A stretch of 64,000 nucleotides of DNA, taken from the NCBI RefSeq assembly GCF_001194135.2, contig NC_068988.1, forward strand, positions 27,300,748-27,364,747. Direction: 5' to 3'. This document shows, in pieces, positions 1 through 13,145 of the stretch. A program made the position numbers and the translations under genes. Position 1 is the first letter of the stretch. Each line of letters starts with the position of its first letter. Source of the DNA: Octopus bimaculoides (taxonomy: Eukaryota). The notes under the pieces are model-generated. The model ran no database searches, was not told where the DNA came from, and saw only the letters and a list, made by a program, of their open reading frames with translations.

Positions 1-129
1 CTCTCTCTCTCTCTCTCTCTCTCCCTCCCTCCTGTGATTGACGAATTTAACATGGAGGTGATTCGTTATACACCAATCATCTCATGCATTCTATAATCAG
101 AAGAATCGGGGCTCCAATGAAAAGGTATT

Positions 130-315
130 TCAAAGGGGCCAACCTTGTCACACTGTGTCACGCTGAATATCCCCGAGAACTACGTTAAGGGTACACGTGT
201 CTGTGGAGTGCTCAGCCACTTGCACATTAATTTCACGAGCAGGCTGTTCCGTTGATCAGATCAACTGGAACCCTCGATGTTGTAAGCGACGGAGTGCCAA
301 CAACAACAACAACAA
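130..315 (+). mobile_element. 3' part of a tRNA-derived SINE (OR-like family) ending in (CAA)n
   Basis: Near-identical to 47490-47642 (gtcacactg..gaactacgttaagggtacacgtg..gacggagtgccaacaacaac). Confidence 0.8.
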
Positions 316-318
316 TAT

Positions 319-745
319 AGGCACAAGTGTGGCTGTGTGGTAAGAAGTTCACTTCTCGACTTCATGGTTTATGCTTCAGTCCCACTGTATGACACTTTGG
401 GCAAGTGCCTTTTACTTCTGAATGGATTTAGTTGATGGAAACTGAAAGAATCCCATTGTATGTATATGTGGGTATGTACATCTTATTGTGTGCTTATCTT
501 CACATTGTGTGATTGTTTTTAAAAAAAAATGTGTGACCATTATGTAAATAGTCTCCTTTGTTTACAATCTTCTGTGAAAATAAGTTTGGCTATGGTGAAA
601 TATTATTGTGCTTGGCAACAGGTATGGGTTGGTAACAAGAAGGACTTTTAGCTGTGGGAAATCTGTCTCTATTTGGTCAATCAACCTGCTAGAAGTAGCA
701 AGTAAATATCTTTCAAATCACATCTTACTGTATTTCAAACAGTAC
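319..745 (+). mobile_element. tRNA-derived SINE, family A (CORE-like gcaccttgggcaagtg motif), diverged
   Basis: Head gtggctgtgtggtaagaag..ttcagtcccactg, repeated many times in the window; boundaries approximate. Confidence 0.7.
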
Positions 746-1111
746 TATGTTGGATAATGAAGTCCTTGAGATACTATAAGACAAAAGATGAGATGGTTCC
801 TGTGAAAATGTCTTTGGATCAGCTCAGAGATAAACCACAAAATGAGTCAGCTTTATGCAGTTTATTGAGTTATAAATACATACCACTTGTGTTTCGTTAT
901 AGGAAGGCAGTGAATCAAAAAAAAGAAAGAAATGAATAAATATATGTTCTAACATAAAGGAAAGTATAGAAATGTGGTGAAAATTAATTTATAAATAAAA
1001 CTTAAATGTATTTTAAAAACGTGGCTTTGAACTTGGGTGTAGACATGGTTTTGTGATTTCTTTTGTAACCACATGATTGAGAATGAACATTTTTGTACAA
1101 CCACACCTGCA

Positions 1112-1345
1112 CCTGTCACAAGTGTGACTGTGTGGTTAAGAAGCTTACTTACCAACCGTGTGGTCTTAAGTTCAGTTCCACTGTGCGGCACCTTGTGCAA
1201 GTGTCTTCTATCATGTTCCCAGGCTGACCAAGGCTTTGTGTTTGAGAGTGGATTTGGGAACCAGCAACTGAAATTTATCATGCATAGATATGTGTGTTTG
1301 TGTCTGTCCTTGTCTAAGCACCACATAATTGTTGGAAGTGAGTAT
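1112..1345 (+). mobile_element. SINE family A, 5' half
   Basis: gtgactgtgtggttaagaagc..gttcagttccactgtgcggcaccttgtgcaagtgtcttcta. Confidence 0.7.
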
Positions 1346-1978
1346 TATCAAGTGATGTTCATTTTCAGTTTTCCATGAAAAATATGTCTAGCTACAGGTT
1401 ATAGGAAATCTTGCCATAAACCTTTTACCATCGGAAAATTTGTAAGAAATTTTGTTTTAAATGACTCCAACCTGTTTTTTTTTTTAATGTTCGACATTGA
1501 ATAAAGACTTGCATATTTAATGCAGTTATAAAACCTTTTATTATTCTTTTTTTTTTTTTTTTTTTTTTNNNNNNNNNNNNNNNNNNNNNNNNNNNNNNNN
1601 NNNNNNNNNNNNNNNNNNNNNNNNNNNNNNNNNNNNNNNNNNNNNNNNNNNNNNNNNNNNNNNNNNNNNNNNNNNNNNNNNNNNNNNNNNNNNNNNNNNN
1701 NNNNNNNNNNNNNNNNNNNNNNNNNNNNNNNNNNNNNNNNNNNNNNNNNNNNNNNNNNNNNNNNNNNNNNNNNNNNNNNNNNNNNNNNNNNNNNNNNNNN
1801 NNNNNNNNNNNNNNNNNNNNNNNNNNNNNNNNNNNNNNNNNNNNNNNNNNNNNNNNNNNNNNNNNNNNNNNNNNNNNNNNNNNNNNNNNNNNNNNNNNNN
1901 NNNNNNNNNNNNNNNNNNNNNNNNNNNNNNNNNNNNNNNNNNNNNNNNNNNNNNNNNNNNNNNNNNNNNNNNNNNNNN

Positions 1979-2232
1979 TATATATATACATACATGTGTG
2001 TGTGTATGTTTGTGTGTCTGTGTTTGTCCCCCCCAACATTGCTTGACAACCGATGCTGGTGTGTTTACGTCCCTGTAACTTAGCGGTTCGGCAAAAGAGA
2101 CCGATAGAATAAGTACTAGGCTTACAAAGAATAAGTCCTAGGGTCGATTTGCTCGACTAAAGGCGGTGCTCCAGCATGGCCACAGTCAAATGACTGAAAT
2201 AAGTAAAAGAGTAAAAGAGAAAGAGTAAAGAG
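1979..2232 (+). mobile_element. SINE family A, 3' half (young copy) after an N-gap
   Basis: Closely matches the reverse complement of 36962-37160 and 56185-56400; ends gtaaaagagtaaaagag. Confidence 0.85.
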
Positions 2233-2950
2233 TTAAAACAAACAAAACTCATGAATCTGAGATATTTATTTAACAATTTAAATTTGTTTCACAGCAAAAC
2301 CGGTATTCTTTATGTATTTTTATGTTTATTTTCACACAGCTCACGTTGTTATTGTAATTTACTCCAAATCAAGTAGGCCTACTATCAAAGGCATTCCAGT
2401 CGTAATTATCCTGTCTGTTTTCTAAGTGCATATAACTCAAGCTCTCATTATCCTTAGGTGTTCTTTTCTGACACACTATGGGTGTGATATTAGGGTGATT
2501 TGGCTGCTATTTCTAGCATTTAGAATGACCACTTACTGACTCATTCATTGGCTCATCACATTATATTGATATTCAGTAGTGTTAAGATACCATATTAACT
2601 GTTGTTTCATCATCATTGACCCCTGGACATTGCTGTCTTGAGCCCTAGGACTGAGGGAACTGGTTACTCAATTTCTGTGGAATATAAATGGCCGAGATCA
2701 CAAGATTACCCCTGAACTGGATGCCAGTCCATTGCAGTTATATTCATTTACAGCTGAGTGGATTGGAGCAACATAAAATTCTTGTGATTGTGAATGCCTA
2801 CACCTTAACCACTGGGCCATGGTCCTTTCACTTTACCTGTTATATACTCCTCCCAAAAATTAGTTTGTTTTAGTTTTAAGATAGGTGAATTATAATAGAA
2901 AATATTTCAAGCCTCTTCTTATCGTTCATGTTATTTTGTTGTTTTGACAG

Positions 2951-3819
2951 GTTGGACAACACAACGTTCTCGCAAAGAAAAAAAGAATAAAGGGAAAAAT
3001 GAAATAGTGGTTGAAGAGATCGTTGCACAGAATGTAGAAAAAACTTCCAAAAAGAGGGAGTCACCAACCTCTAAACAACCATCAAAGAATAATGCTCAGA
3101 CAGCAGATAAGATCACTAAAAAGGAAAAAATAACTGCCTCATCTGTACAGGGAACGACCAAGGAAAAAAGTCCTGGGGCTTCTAAAAAAGAGAAGGCTGC
3201 TGAACAGTCAGGTAAGAAGGACGAAGGCAAGAAAGATAAGGGCTCTGAACAGAGCAGCAAGCAAGATAAGGGTTCTGAACAGGCTAGTAAAAAAGAAAAA
3301 GGCTCCCAGCAGTCTTCTAAAGAAAAAAGCCCTCAACCTACTAAAAAGGAAAAATCTGTTGAGCATTCTAGCAAGGAGAAAAGCCCTCAACCCACTAAGA
3401 AAGACAAAAATGCTGCACAAGCAAATAAAAAAGAAAAGGAATCAGAACAGTCTGGAAAGAAGGGGTCTGAGCAGGCTGGAAAGAAGGGGTCTGAACAGGC
3501 TGGCAAGAAGGGATCGGAACAGACCGGCAAGAAGGGATCGGAACAAACTGGCAAAAAGGGATCAGAACAGACTGGTGAAAAGGGATCTGATCAGACTGTC
3601 AAGAAAGGGTCTGAACAGAGTGGCAAAAAAGGTTCTGAGCAATCCAGCAAGAAGGGATCTGAGCAGAGTGGCAAGAAGGAAAAAAGTCCTCAGCCCTCAA
3701 AGAAACAATCTGAGCAATCTGATAAAAAGCAAACTGGTTCTGAGCAACCTGGCAAGAAGGAGAACCTAGCCCCATCTGCAGAATCAACTTCCAAAAAGAA
3801 ATCAAAGAAGAAAAATGAG
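2951..3819 (+). CDS. MTDH: Internal exon (first in window) of a LYRIC/metadherin-like Lys/Gln/Ser-rich protein; phase 1 in, phase 0 out
   Basis: Acceptor ttttgacag|GT at 2950/2951, donor GAG|gtaagt at 3819/3820; open frame within ORF 2944-3873. Starts GWTTQRSRKEKKNK, reminiscent of the MTDH motif GAWETKISHREKRQ (recalled). N-terminal TM exon(s) not seen in the window. Confidence 0.8.
3442..3681 (+). repeat. Coding 24-bp tandem repeat, 10 units of SEQ(S/A/T)GKKG
   Basis: Read directly: SEQSGKKG SEQAGKKG SEQAGKKG SEQTGKKG SEQTGKKG SEQTGEKG SDQTVKKG SEQSGKKG SEQSSKKG SEQSGKKE. Confidence 0.95.
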
Positions 3820-5741
3820 GTAAGTCTCTCTCTATTTAGTATGATATATATATTATGTGGGATAAGGTTATAATCCAAGCTGTGTCATCGTGAAACACAT
3901 CTGCTTATTCTAGTACTTCAAGGTTGTATGTAGGTGTTATATTTGTGTGGGGAATGCATAAGAGTTGAAAAATACTGGGAAATAGTTTTTGCACAGTAAT
4001 TACATATCAAAACAGGAGATTGGGGAAAATGAATGAGAATTAAATAAAACCAAAAATTCTTTTTAATCTCCTGTTTTGATATATATATATGTACACACAC
4101 ACACACACACATATCTAGTGTTAGTTGTTGAAAGAAAGAGTATTTGATACCATAGTAGGGATTAATAATATTACTTATTTTGGTCAAGTTAGTCTCTTGC
4201 TACTGCGAGTTTTGCCTGTGGGTGCATACCAGGGTTGTCAGGCCAATTACACCTGAAGAAATGACCGAAACAATAGATATGTCTGTTCTGACTCTTACCA
4301 CTACATCTCAAGTCAGAAACAAAATTGCTTCCCTAATCCAGTGTTGTCAGTTTATGATGTCCAGTCAGCCTATAAAGACTCCATATATTTCCTAACATAT
4401 TCTTGTTCCTTTCTTTTTTAATTATTGTAAATTAAAGCAACATGGCCAAATAGATATGAAGTCAGAGTTTGATTCCTCTGTAGGTGTTTCATTGCATATT
4501 TATATAGTTACATTATACTCCACACAAGTTGTTTGAAAGATATCAGATGATCTCAGAAAGATATCAGTAGTTTGAACGATATCAGATCATCTGGCAATGT
4601 TACCTATAATAAACTCACATAACCATGTATTAAAATAGGGATTTTTACTGATTTAAGGCTTTAAAAACAGGAGCTAAATATAGACCTTAAAACGTGCCTT
4701 GGAACTTAGAATATATTGTTTTAATTTCTTTGCTTTTTTAAGGGTTTTATTCTGGCATCCCATCATCACTATCTTATCTCCCCAGTTACTCCCACCTGCC
4801 CTTATATACAGAGTAGTCATATATCTGCTCTATAGCCAGACACCTGTGCTTGTTCCTCTATCATACTTTAACCTCCCAATATCTGGCATAAAGCCAACTC
4901 TCTCCCTTTTTGAATACTTCCACCCACCTCACTTAGGGGAGGTGGGCTTCTCCATTTCTTGTCGTTTTCTTGTCTTGCAACCTACTTGGTAAACCTCTCA
5001 GATGCCAATAACATGAAATAAGTACCCAGTACATGCCCAATAAATTGGCTGGTGTGAGGAAGGGCATCCAGCCATAGAAACCCAACACCGGGGTTCAACA
5101 TGGCTCTGTGGCTTGTCAAATCCTGTCAGACTGTCCAACCCATGCCAGCATGGAAAACAGATGTTAAACGATGTTGATGGGTTCAAGGACAATTTTCTCA
5201 GGAAGAAGGCATAGTTGACTGAATTGGTTCTATTATTACATTTTGAAAGTTGTTATTTTATTAACCTCCAGAAAGATTAAAAAGTGATAACTCTGGAGTT
5301 AAGAAGGAAGAACTTAATCTTTGTAATGGATTCAGTCTGGTAATCTGTTGCTTCAGTAATTTCCACCACTCTAGTCTCTATAGCTATATCTTCAAACAAA
5401 AAATAGTAATAATGGTGAAGGTTGCAGCAGCAGCAGCAACAGTGTTTCTTATACCATTGTAACACTAGTAACAGTTTAAAGAAATGTTTACCTGTTATTC
5501 ATTAATATCATTTTAATGGGCCTCTATGTTGACAAGGGTAAGGTAGTATATCCTAACTTCTAATGGCTTCCATAGATTAAACTGCTTCAGTTCTTCAACT
5601 GGGTATTTGAACTGTTAAATGTTATGTACTTTACTTTGCCAGTGAAACTAGTCTTTAACAAATACTTAACAAGTTTGCAATAACTTTAAAAGGCCGTATT
5701 TTGAAGTGGTGTTTGATTGGACATGGTATAAGTTCTTTTCG

Positions 5742-5920
5742 TCATAGTTTAACGTCCGCTTTCCATGCTAGCATGGGTTGGACAATTTGACTGAGGACTG
5801 GCAAGCCAGAAGGCTGCACCAGGCTCCAATCTGATCTGGCAGAGTTTCTACAGCTGGATGCCCTTCCTAATGCCAACCACTCCGAGAGTGTAGTGGGTGC
5901 TTTTACGTGCCACCGATGTT
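5742..5920 (-). mobile_element. RTE-type LINE/SINE 3' tail (family C)
   Basis: Reverse complement of ggaagggcatccagctgtagaaac..gtccaacccatgctagcatggaaagcggacgttaaac, a tail attached to RTE ORF2 ends at 27325-27655. Confidence 0.75.
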
Positions 5921-6263
5921 CTATTTTTCCATGTCAGCCTAGCCTAATGGGTAAGATCACATTTGAAACAGCAAAACTTGAAGAAGTTTTAATATCCAAT
6001 CAGACTTGGTTTGTTTTTTGTAAATCCTTTAAATATTTAGCAAATTAGAAGTATTTTTCTGATGAATTTTTTAATCCTCTTTGTTTATTATGTTATATTG
6101 TATTATCAAATCTTGCCAGATGTGTGAGACTCTGCTGATATAAAATATTCTATCTATAAAAAAAAAAAACGTCTTCATACAAGATATCTTTTTACATTGC
6201 TAGCAGTAGTAATGATTTGTTGTTTTTCAATGTTGCTTGTCTTTCTTTTTCTGTCTCCCATAG

Positions 6264-6413
6264 GAATCTAAAGCTGGTAACAAAGAATCAGCCTCAGAAG
6301 CTAAATTTGTTCAATCTAAGAACAATTCTAACTTTGAAGAAATCCCTCCAGTTCAAGCATCTAAAAAATCTCCAGCCAGAAATAAAACTCCCTTGGTAGA
6401 AATAGTTGAACAA
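6264..6413 (+). CDS. MTDH: LYRIC-like gene, exon 2 in window (ESKAGNKESASEAKF...LVEIVEQ), phase 0/0
   Basis: Polypyrimidine acceptor ctttctttttctgtctcccatag|GAA, donor CAA|gtaaga; 150 nt open, same low-complexity composition, phase-compatible. Confidence 0.8.
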
Positions 6414-6529
6414 GTAAGAGAAAGTTTTTTTTTTTGTTTTATCTTTCACATGGAAGAATTATCATAGATTATAAATTCTTGATGGTGAAATGTTATTGAT
6501 AAATGATGGAAATAAATTGTTATTGCACT

Positions 6530-6765
6530 GGTGCCAGTACCATGTAAAAAGCACCCAGTACACTGGAGGGAAGCATAGTTGACTGAATTTGTTCTATTGT
6601 TATATTTTGCTAGTGATTGGTGTTAGGAAGGGCATCCAGCTGTAGAAACCAGGCCAAATCAGACTATGGGACCTGCTGCAGTTCCCTGTCTTGCCAGCTC
6701 CTGTCAGACTGTCCAACCCATGCCAGCATGGAAGATAGACATTAAATAACGCTGATGATGAAACT
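6530..6765 (+). mobile_element. RTE-type 3' tail (family C)
   Basis: gtgccagtaccatgtaaaaagcaccc..ttaggaagggcatccagctgtagaaac..catgccagcatggaag..ctgatgatg. Confidence 0.7.
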
Positions 6766-7561
6766 AAGTAAATGAATGTAGATCAATTACGTTTCAATTG
6801 AAATAAAATGGTTCGGCCTGAAACAGAAAAAAGAAATGTTTTAGCAACAATTTTGTAAATACGTTAAACACATTTTTATGAGGAATAGAAAACAGAACAT
6901 ACTCTGGTGGTGATTATTATTAAGCTAAAATTTTCATTAATTCCTGTTTCAATATTTCTACATATGCATTTGTGAGAAATGACCTTTCAAAAACCAGTTT
7001 TTATCATGTTTTTTGATCAAATTATGTCACCCTAGATTAAAATAGCCATTTTCGTATCAAACTTAACATTAATACATCAGTGTGTCTCATGTGGATATGC
7101 TATGTTTAAAAACATATATTGGAAGCAGATGAAAATCATCATAGTAGTGGCTGGTGAGAATGTTCAAAGTATGTCTGTCTCATTGGGCTGTCAGTAGCAT
7201 GTACTCTCAGAGAAACTGCATGCCTAGACAAAATTTGTCTAGTGAATAAACTGTCACCGATGTTGTAAATAGCTGTTCTACTGAATAAAAATTCTCTATA
7301 TGCAACAGAAGAGTATTAGACTAAAATTACCATTTGTGTACCATCCTTAATGTTAATACATTGTGATTGGCATATTTACTGTGGTATTTGTCTTGAGACA
7401 ATATCTCATATGGACATGCTGTGTTTAAAATCATAATACATATTAGAAGCAGAATGAAATGGTCCTAGGTGCGGCTGGCAAAAATGCTAGATGTAATCGT
7501 TTTTTATTTTCTTTCTCATTCAGAAATTTCAAGAATAAGCATTTATTTATTTTTTTTACAG

Positions 7562-7885
7562 GATTTTGTTCTTATACCTTATCCTGAAAAAGAAAATGCC
7601 TGCAGTCCCCAAGAAACAAGTCCTGGCAAAAAAAAGCGAAACAAAAAACCTGCTCAACCTAACCAGCAACAGGGTGAGAAAGGTTCACCAAAACCTGAGA
7701 AGATGGCTACAAAGCCAAACCAACAACAAGAGAATAACAAAAATACACAATCTAAAAAAAAAAATACTAAAAATACTGCAGATGCAGAGGAAAAAATGAT
7801 GATAAAATTGGAAAACGATGAAACATCAAATAAAGATGTAAAAAGTCCAAAAAAGAAGAAAAATAAGCAAAATTCACCGGAAAAG
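7562..7885 (+). CDS. MTDH: LYRIC-like gene, exon 3 in window (DFVLIPYPEKENACSP...KQNSPEK), phase 0/0
   Basis: Acceptor ttttttttacag|GAT, donor AAG|gtaaac; 324 nt within ORF 7469-7897. Confidence 0.8.
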
Positions 7886-9732
7886 GTAAACCATTAGTGA
7901 CTGCATCCTTTCTCACTGTACATATTATAAGACTGTCTTGGCTTGACTGTCATTCTGCGTGGATCGCTGTCAGGAAAGACTAGAGGCAGTCACTACAATA
8001 TTGTTTAGAAATCTTTTAACAATATAACAATCAAAACAAACATAAAAATAAACAAACAAGCAAAAAAAAAAACGAGAGACACCCCTGCCCATTCTTTCCA
8101 ACCTTCCCTCCTTCCTCCTACTTAGACTAACATATCCTGCAATATTTCAGTTCTCGTTCTATTTCTTTTCTTTTCTTTTCTTTTTTTTTATGTTATAAAT
8201 GTTGTTGTTGATGTTGTTATACTTCCCCAGCCCAATCGTCAGGACAGCACAAAAGAAAAGAAAAAAAAAAAGGTTAGCTCAGATCTATGGATAATACTTT
8301 GTCATTCAAAGATTTTTGTCAATTTTCTTGACAAGTAAGAAGAAAAAAAAATATGATTATATTTGAAATATATATATGTATTATATATATATATTTTTTT
8401 AACTGCTTTGAAATTTCAGTGATGTTTAAAACTTATTCATAATATCAAAAACCTTTTTGACAGTTTTACATTGGTTCAAATAGTCCTTAAGTAATCCTCT
8501 TTCTTTTTCTCTCTCTACAAAGAGTCAATATTTATTGTAAATAAATATGTCCAAGACGCATTCTTACTAGTAGCCAATTACAGACAATGTCTATTTTTTG
8601 ACATTCTACTGTCTGTCTAATTTATCTGACATTCTACAATCTGTCTATCTAATAAATGTTTACAGGTTGTGCCTATTTAATTGACATTCAGAGGCTGTAT
8701 GCCAAACCAATCAGTGTCTACAAGCTGTGCCTAACTAGTTAATGTTTACAGACTGTACTTTAATTAGTAAATGTCAGCTGGCTGTGTTCATCTAATTAGT
8801 GTGTATCAACTGTGCCCAACTAGTTGGCACCAATGTGATATTATTAAGTAGTCCAATGTTGACAGGCATTACCTAGATATGATTTTCTTTCTAAACATCA
8901 TAAAACTGTGTTACATGGCACAAGCATTAGTAAAACCCAAAACAAATGGAAGAAACAAACTTTTTTTTTCGTGTTTGTAGAATAACCATTTAGCTTTCCA
9001 TATTTTTTGTGCAATTAAAACATTTTTTAACAAATTATATGAATGCTATTTTTTTTTTTATTTTATGTATTGTATTTTGATGTTGCTTCTTTCATCACAC
9101 ATGGGAACCATTCTTTTAAATAACTCAATCAAGGATTGTACTTGTCTATTCAAAGCGGAACGGTGAAGAGAAATATCTCTACCTTGATGTTGTGTATAAC
9201 ACCAAAATCAAATACTACTGTAGAAAAATTGGATAATTAATTATAGTGTAGTTTTATTTTGATTTCTGTGGGATAACATAACAATTTTAAGCCAAAGTTT
9301 AAACACAAACTATAAGGGGAAAGTAGAAAATAGCAAAAGGGACCAGTCACGCTTTATTTTAGTCTAACTTCTGTATCGTATATCTACAATATTTCATCGA
9401 AATGTTTTCAGCAATTTTATCACAAATGAGTAGTAATAACTGTTTAGGGTCAGTCAGGTCTTAATTTTAGAAACTGATACATGTAAGGTAGAAAAGTAAT
9501 CAATACTCGAAATTAAACTCATCAAACTAGAAACACCTTAATAAATGAAAGGAATGGAAATCTGGGGGTAGGGCAAGAATTTTCTTTTCATTTTGTTTTC
9601 TATTTATTTTCTCTTCTTTTTTTTTATTTATCTATCTAATTAAGTTTTGTAACGTCTTTAGGGTATCACTTCATAGCCATTACCATCAAGTAGATAGAAA
9701 ATTTATTCTTGATAATGTTATCTTTGTTGTAG

Positions 9733-9847
9733 GTGATAGAAGACAATAATAAACTAACTGATAAAAGTAAAAAGGCGTTGGATACTAAGCCCGTACAAGC
9801 CCATACAAAGGAATCTATTCTTGCCTCTAAAACCGAGCTCAATGCCA
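9733..9847 (+). CDS. MTDH: LYRIC-like gene, exon 4 in window (VIEDNNKLTDK...KTELNA), phase 0 in, phase 1 out
   Basis: Acceptor tctttgttgtag|GTG, donor GCCA|gtaagt. Confidence 0.75.
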
Positions 9848-10552
9848 GTAAGTTCTTGCTTACCATTTTCTTTTTGTTGCAACAGATGTTGCAATCTCCG
9901 ACTTTTTATTTAACTACCAGTCATAATTTCCCCCCTCGGAGATGGCTCACTTTCACACATACTTGTTTTATTCTCCGTGAATAACATTAAACTGTTTCTT
10001 CATACAATATCTACTTCTTCTGGGAATGTTTCTCACCATTACGAAAGACATCTCACAAATTTTATTCAGGTTTTTCTGCTAAACTTTTATTTTATTTTCT
10101 TCTTAACACGTATAATTTATTTTTATGAGGAATTTATCAAAATGTTTGTTATTATTAATTAACTTTCTATTTTGGGGAATCTAACAATTGAAAATCTAAT
10201 TTAGTATTTAGATGAAATCTCATAGCTTTCATTGATTTTTAAAAAAAAACAAGGAAAAGTGGGGAAAACATAAAAATTATGATCATACCAAGTTTTAGGA
10301 ATTATTCAAGTTTAATTTTAGTTCTTTAATTAGCAGTTTTTAAAATATATATAATGGATAAAAGAGAATTTATAAACCCAGGTTGTATCCTCAGTTAGCA
10401 CTCCTGCAAATACTGGCTAACAGTGTTTAAATAGTTTCCTTTAAAGGAAACCATTAATACAAACTGATTCCAGGGATAATTTATTAGTGGCAGAATATGA
10501 TACGATAATTCCTAGAATGGAGGTTATGGTATTACATTTATTCTTTCATTAA

Positions 10553-10915
10553 GATGTGGCTGTGTGGTAACAAATTTGATCCCAATCACATGATTCTGGG
10601 TTCAGTCCCACTGCGTGGCACCTTGGCTAAGTGTCTTCTGCTGTAGCCTCAAGCCGACCAAAGTCTTGTGAGTGGATTTGGTAGATGGAAACTGAAAGAA
10701 GCTTGTTTTATATGTGTGTCTGTGTTTGTCCACCACCATCGCTTGACAACCGATGTTGGTGCATTTACATCGCTGTGACTTAGCAGTTCATCAAAATAGA
10801 ATGAGTACCAGGCTTTTAAAAATAAGTCCTGGGGTCAATTCATTCAACTAAAAGCGTTTCAAGGCAGTGCCCCAGCATGGCCACAGTCTACGGACTGAAA
10901 CAAGTAAAAGGTAAA
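10553..10915 (+). mobile_element. SINE family A, near full length
   Basis: tRNA-like head, CORE-like block, tail ..cagcatggccacagtc..gaaacaagtaaaag. Confidence 0.8.
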
Positions 10916-11242
10916 AAAAAATGAACATTAGTGGCAATGTAATATTACAACATATTACATGTGATCCATGTTCCCCTCATCAGACATATTTATTATTCAT
11001 GATGCATTTGGGTCATGTATTGTTGAAACGACCATGAAGGAATTAAATGTAATGCCATAACCGCTGGTCTTGTGGACTTAATGTGTAAACATATATATTT
11101 GATAGCTCTTCAGATTTCATTTATATTGAGCTTTTCTAGCAGAGAAATAAGCAGGTATGAAAGAAGGCAGAAACTATTGAAAATTTTCATGACAACATCT
11201 CTGCAGACAAGAAGACAATCAAATTATTTTGGAAAGTTTTAA

Positions 11243-11544
11243 CACTACCTGTAAGGGAACCCAGCCATAGAAACCATGTCAAAGCAGACAGTGGAACTTG
11301 GTACAGTCCTCTTCTGGCTTACCATCTTTTGTCTGACTGTCCAACCCATACCAGCATAGACCACGGACATTAAATGGTGGTGGTGACCTTGTTACTGTGG
11401 AATGCGCAACCATTTACATGCAAATAAAATGAGTAGGGACTTCAGTTCATCAAGCATCCTCATCATCCAGACCAATAGAAACCCATTTACTCTATTTATT
11501 ATAGTCTTGTGTCCTTGAGCAAGATACTTTATTTCACTACCTGT
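11243..11544 (+). repeat. 287-bp copy of 16375-16661 flanked by the 10-bp direct repeat CACTACCTGT
   Basis: 11251-11537 vs 16375-16661: 4 mismatches by eye. CACTACCTGT at 11243-11252 and 11535-11544. Confidence 0.9.
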
Positions 11545-12899
11545 TTTGTAACCGAAACTCCTGGAAATTAATCAAATGGGGAGCAAGACTTTAGAAGCAT
11601 ATGTACAAAATGTAACTTAGATCTACATTTCTTTTCCCCTTTCTTCATGTGCTGAACTTGAAAAATTTACCAAGTATTAGCATACCTGTGTTGTTATATT
11701 CAAATATAGAAACCAAGGTCTAGTTTGATGGCAGAGTTAAAAGATACCTCAACAGCTAGATGTGAAATAAAGATCAGTAAAATTTTACATCTTCCTGATA
11801 AATCAGAATGATGTGCAGCTTTTATGAACATTCTCAAGTAAATTCACAAATTATATTTCCAAGATTTCAATTTAATTTCTTTTCTTTTTTCAATCTTTTT
11901 TCAGTATGGGAAGGGAATATTTTAATTATTACATGCTGTTGTACTAAATATTTTTTATTTTATTGTATTTTTTTTTTTACTGTTGAATGTGCTTTCTGCC
12001 AGTAATAAATAACTCAACCGTGATGTATTAGTTAAAATTGTTGTCAGCTAAACGGACTGGGGCAAATAGAGAGTACCTTATCCAGTTACATTATATGCCG
12101 TGATTCTTCAGGATTTATTTGTCTTAGGCATGGCTGTGTGGTTAAGAACCTCACTTTGCAACCATGTGGTTTCAGGTTCAGTCCCACTGCGTGGCATCTT
12201 GGGCAAGTGTCTTCTACTATAGTTTTGAGTTGACCATTGTCTTTGTGAGTGAATTCGGTGGATGGAAACCGTGTGGAAGCCTATCGTGTGTTATGTTTGT
12301 TTTATTTTGTATGCTTCTGCTTTATTTATGTTTGAAAAGTTTTCTCCTACTTTTATTTATTTGCAAAGACTTTGATCAGACCCTCAAAATTAATCTTAGG
12401 TAACACATCTGCTTCTATACTTGGTAGAGATAAGGCATCCCAAATATTATTTAAGCAAGTTTAAAGTAATGTCTTTTTGTGCTGTAAACCATTTACTATT
12501 TCTGTGGTGCCGCGTCTCTTCTTTTGATACCCGAAGCACATGCTTATATTTTATTGATGAAAGGCCTAGCAACTTTTGAGATTATCATCATTGTTTAACA
12601 TTCACGTTCCATGTTGGCATGGGTTGGACAAATTGACAAGTCCAAGGACTACATTGTCTGCTTTGACATGGTTTCTACAGCTGGATGCCTTTCCTAATGC
12701 CAACCATTTTAGAGTATGTACTAGGTGCTTTTTTTTTTAATGGCAGCAGCACTAGTGAGATTGCCATGCAGTTAGTTGCAAACCTATGAATTCTGATGGT
12801 TGGGGATGGACTTTGTTAGGAGAATGAAGAGAAGGATAAAGTATGAGAGAAAAATACCAAAATAAAATGGGTTTGTTGTTGTTGAGAAATCATCATCCT

Positions 12900-13145
12900 C
12901 ATTATCATTTAACATCTGTTTTCCATGCTAGCATGGGTTGGACGATCTGACTGAGGACTGGTGAACCAGGTGGCTACACCAGGCTCCAATCTGATTTGGC
13001 AGAGTTTCTACAGCTGGATGCCTTTCCTAATGCCAACCACTCCGAGAGTGTAGTGGGTGCTTTTACGTGCCACCGGCACGAAGGCCAGTCAGGCAGCACT
13101 GGTAACGGCCACGCTCAAAATGGTGTATTTTACGTGCCACCTGCT
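12900..13145 (-). mobile_element. RTE-type 3' tail (family C), young copy
   Basis: Near-identical to the reverse complement of 33180-33415. Confidence 0.8.

Noticed and set aside
4254-4300. CTGAAGA..GAAAC hammerhead-like core
   Set aside because: Only 7 nt between the core halves with no stem II pairing; stem I does not pair.
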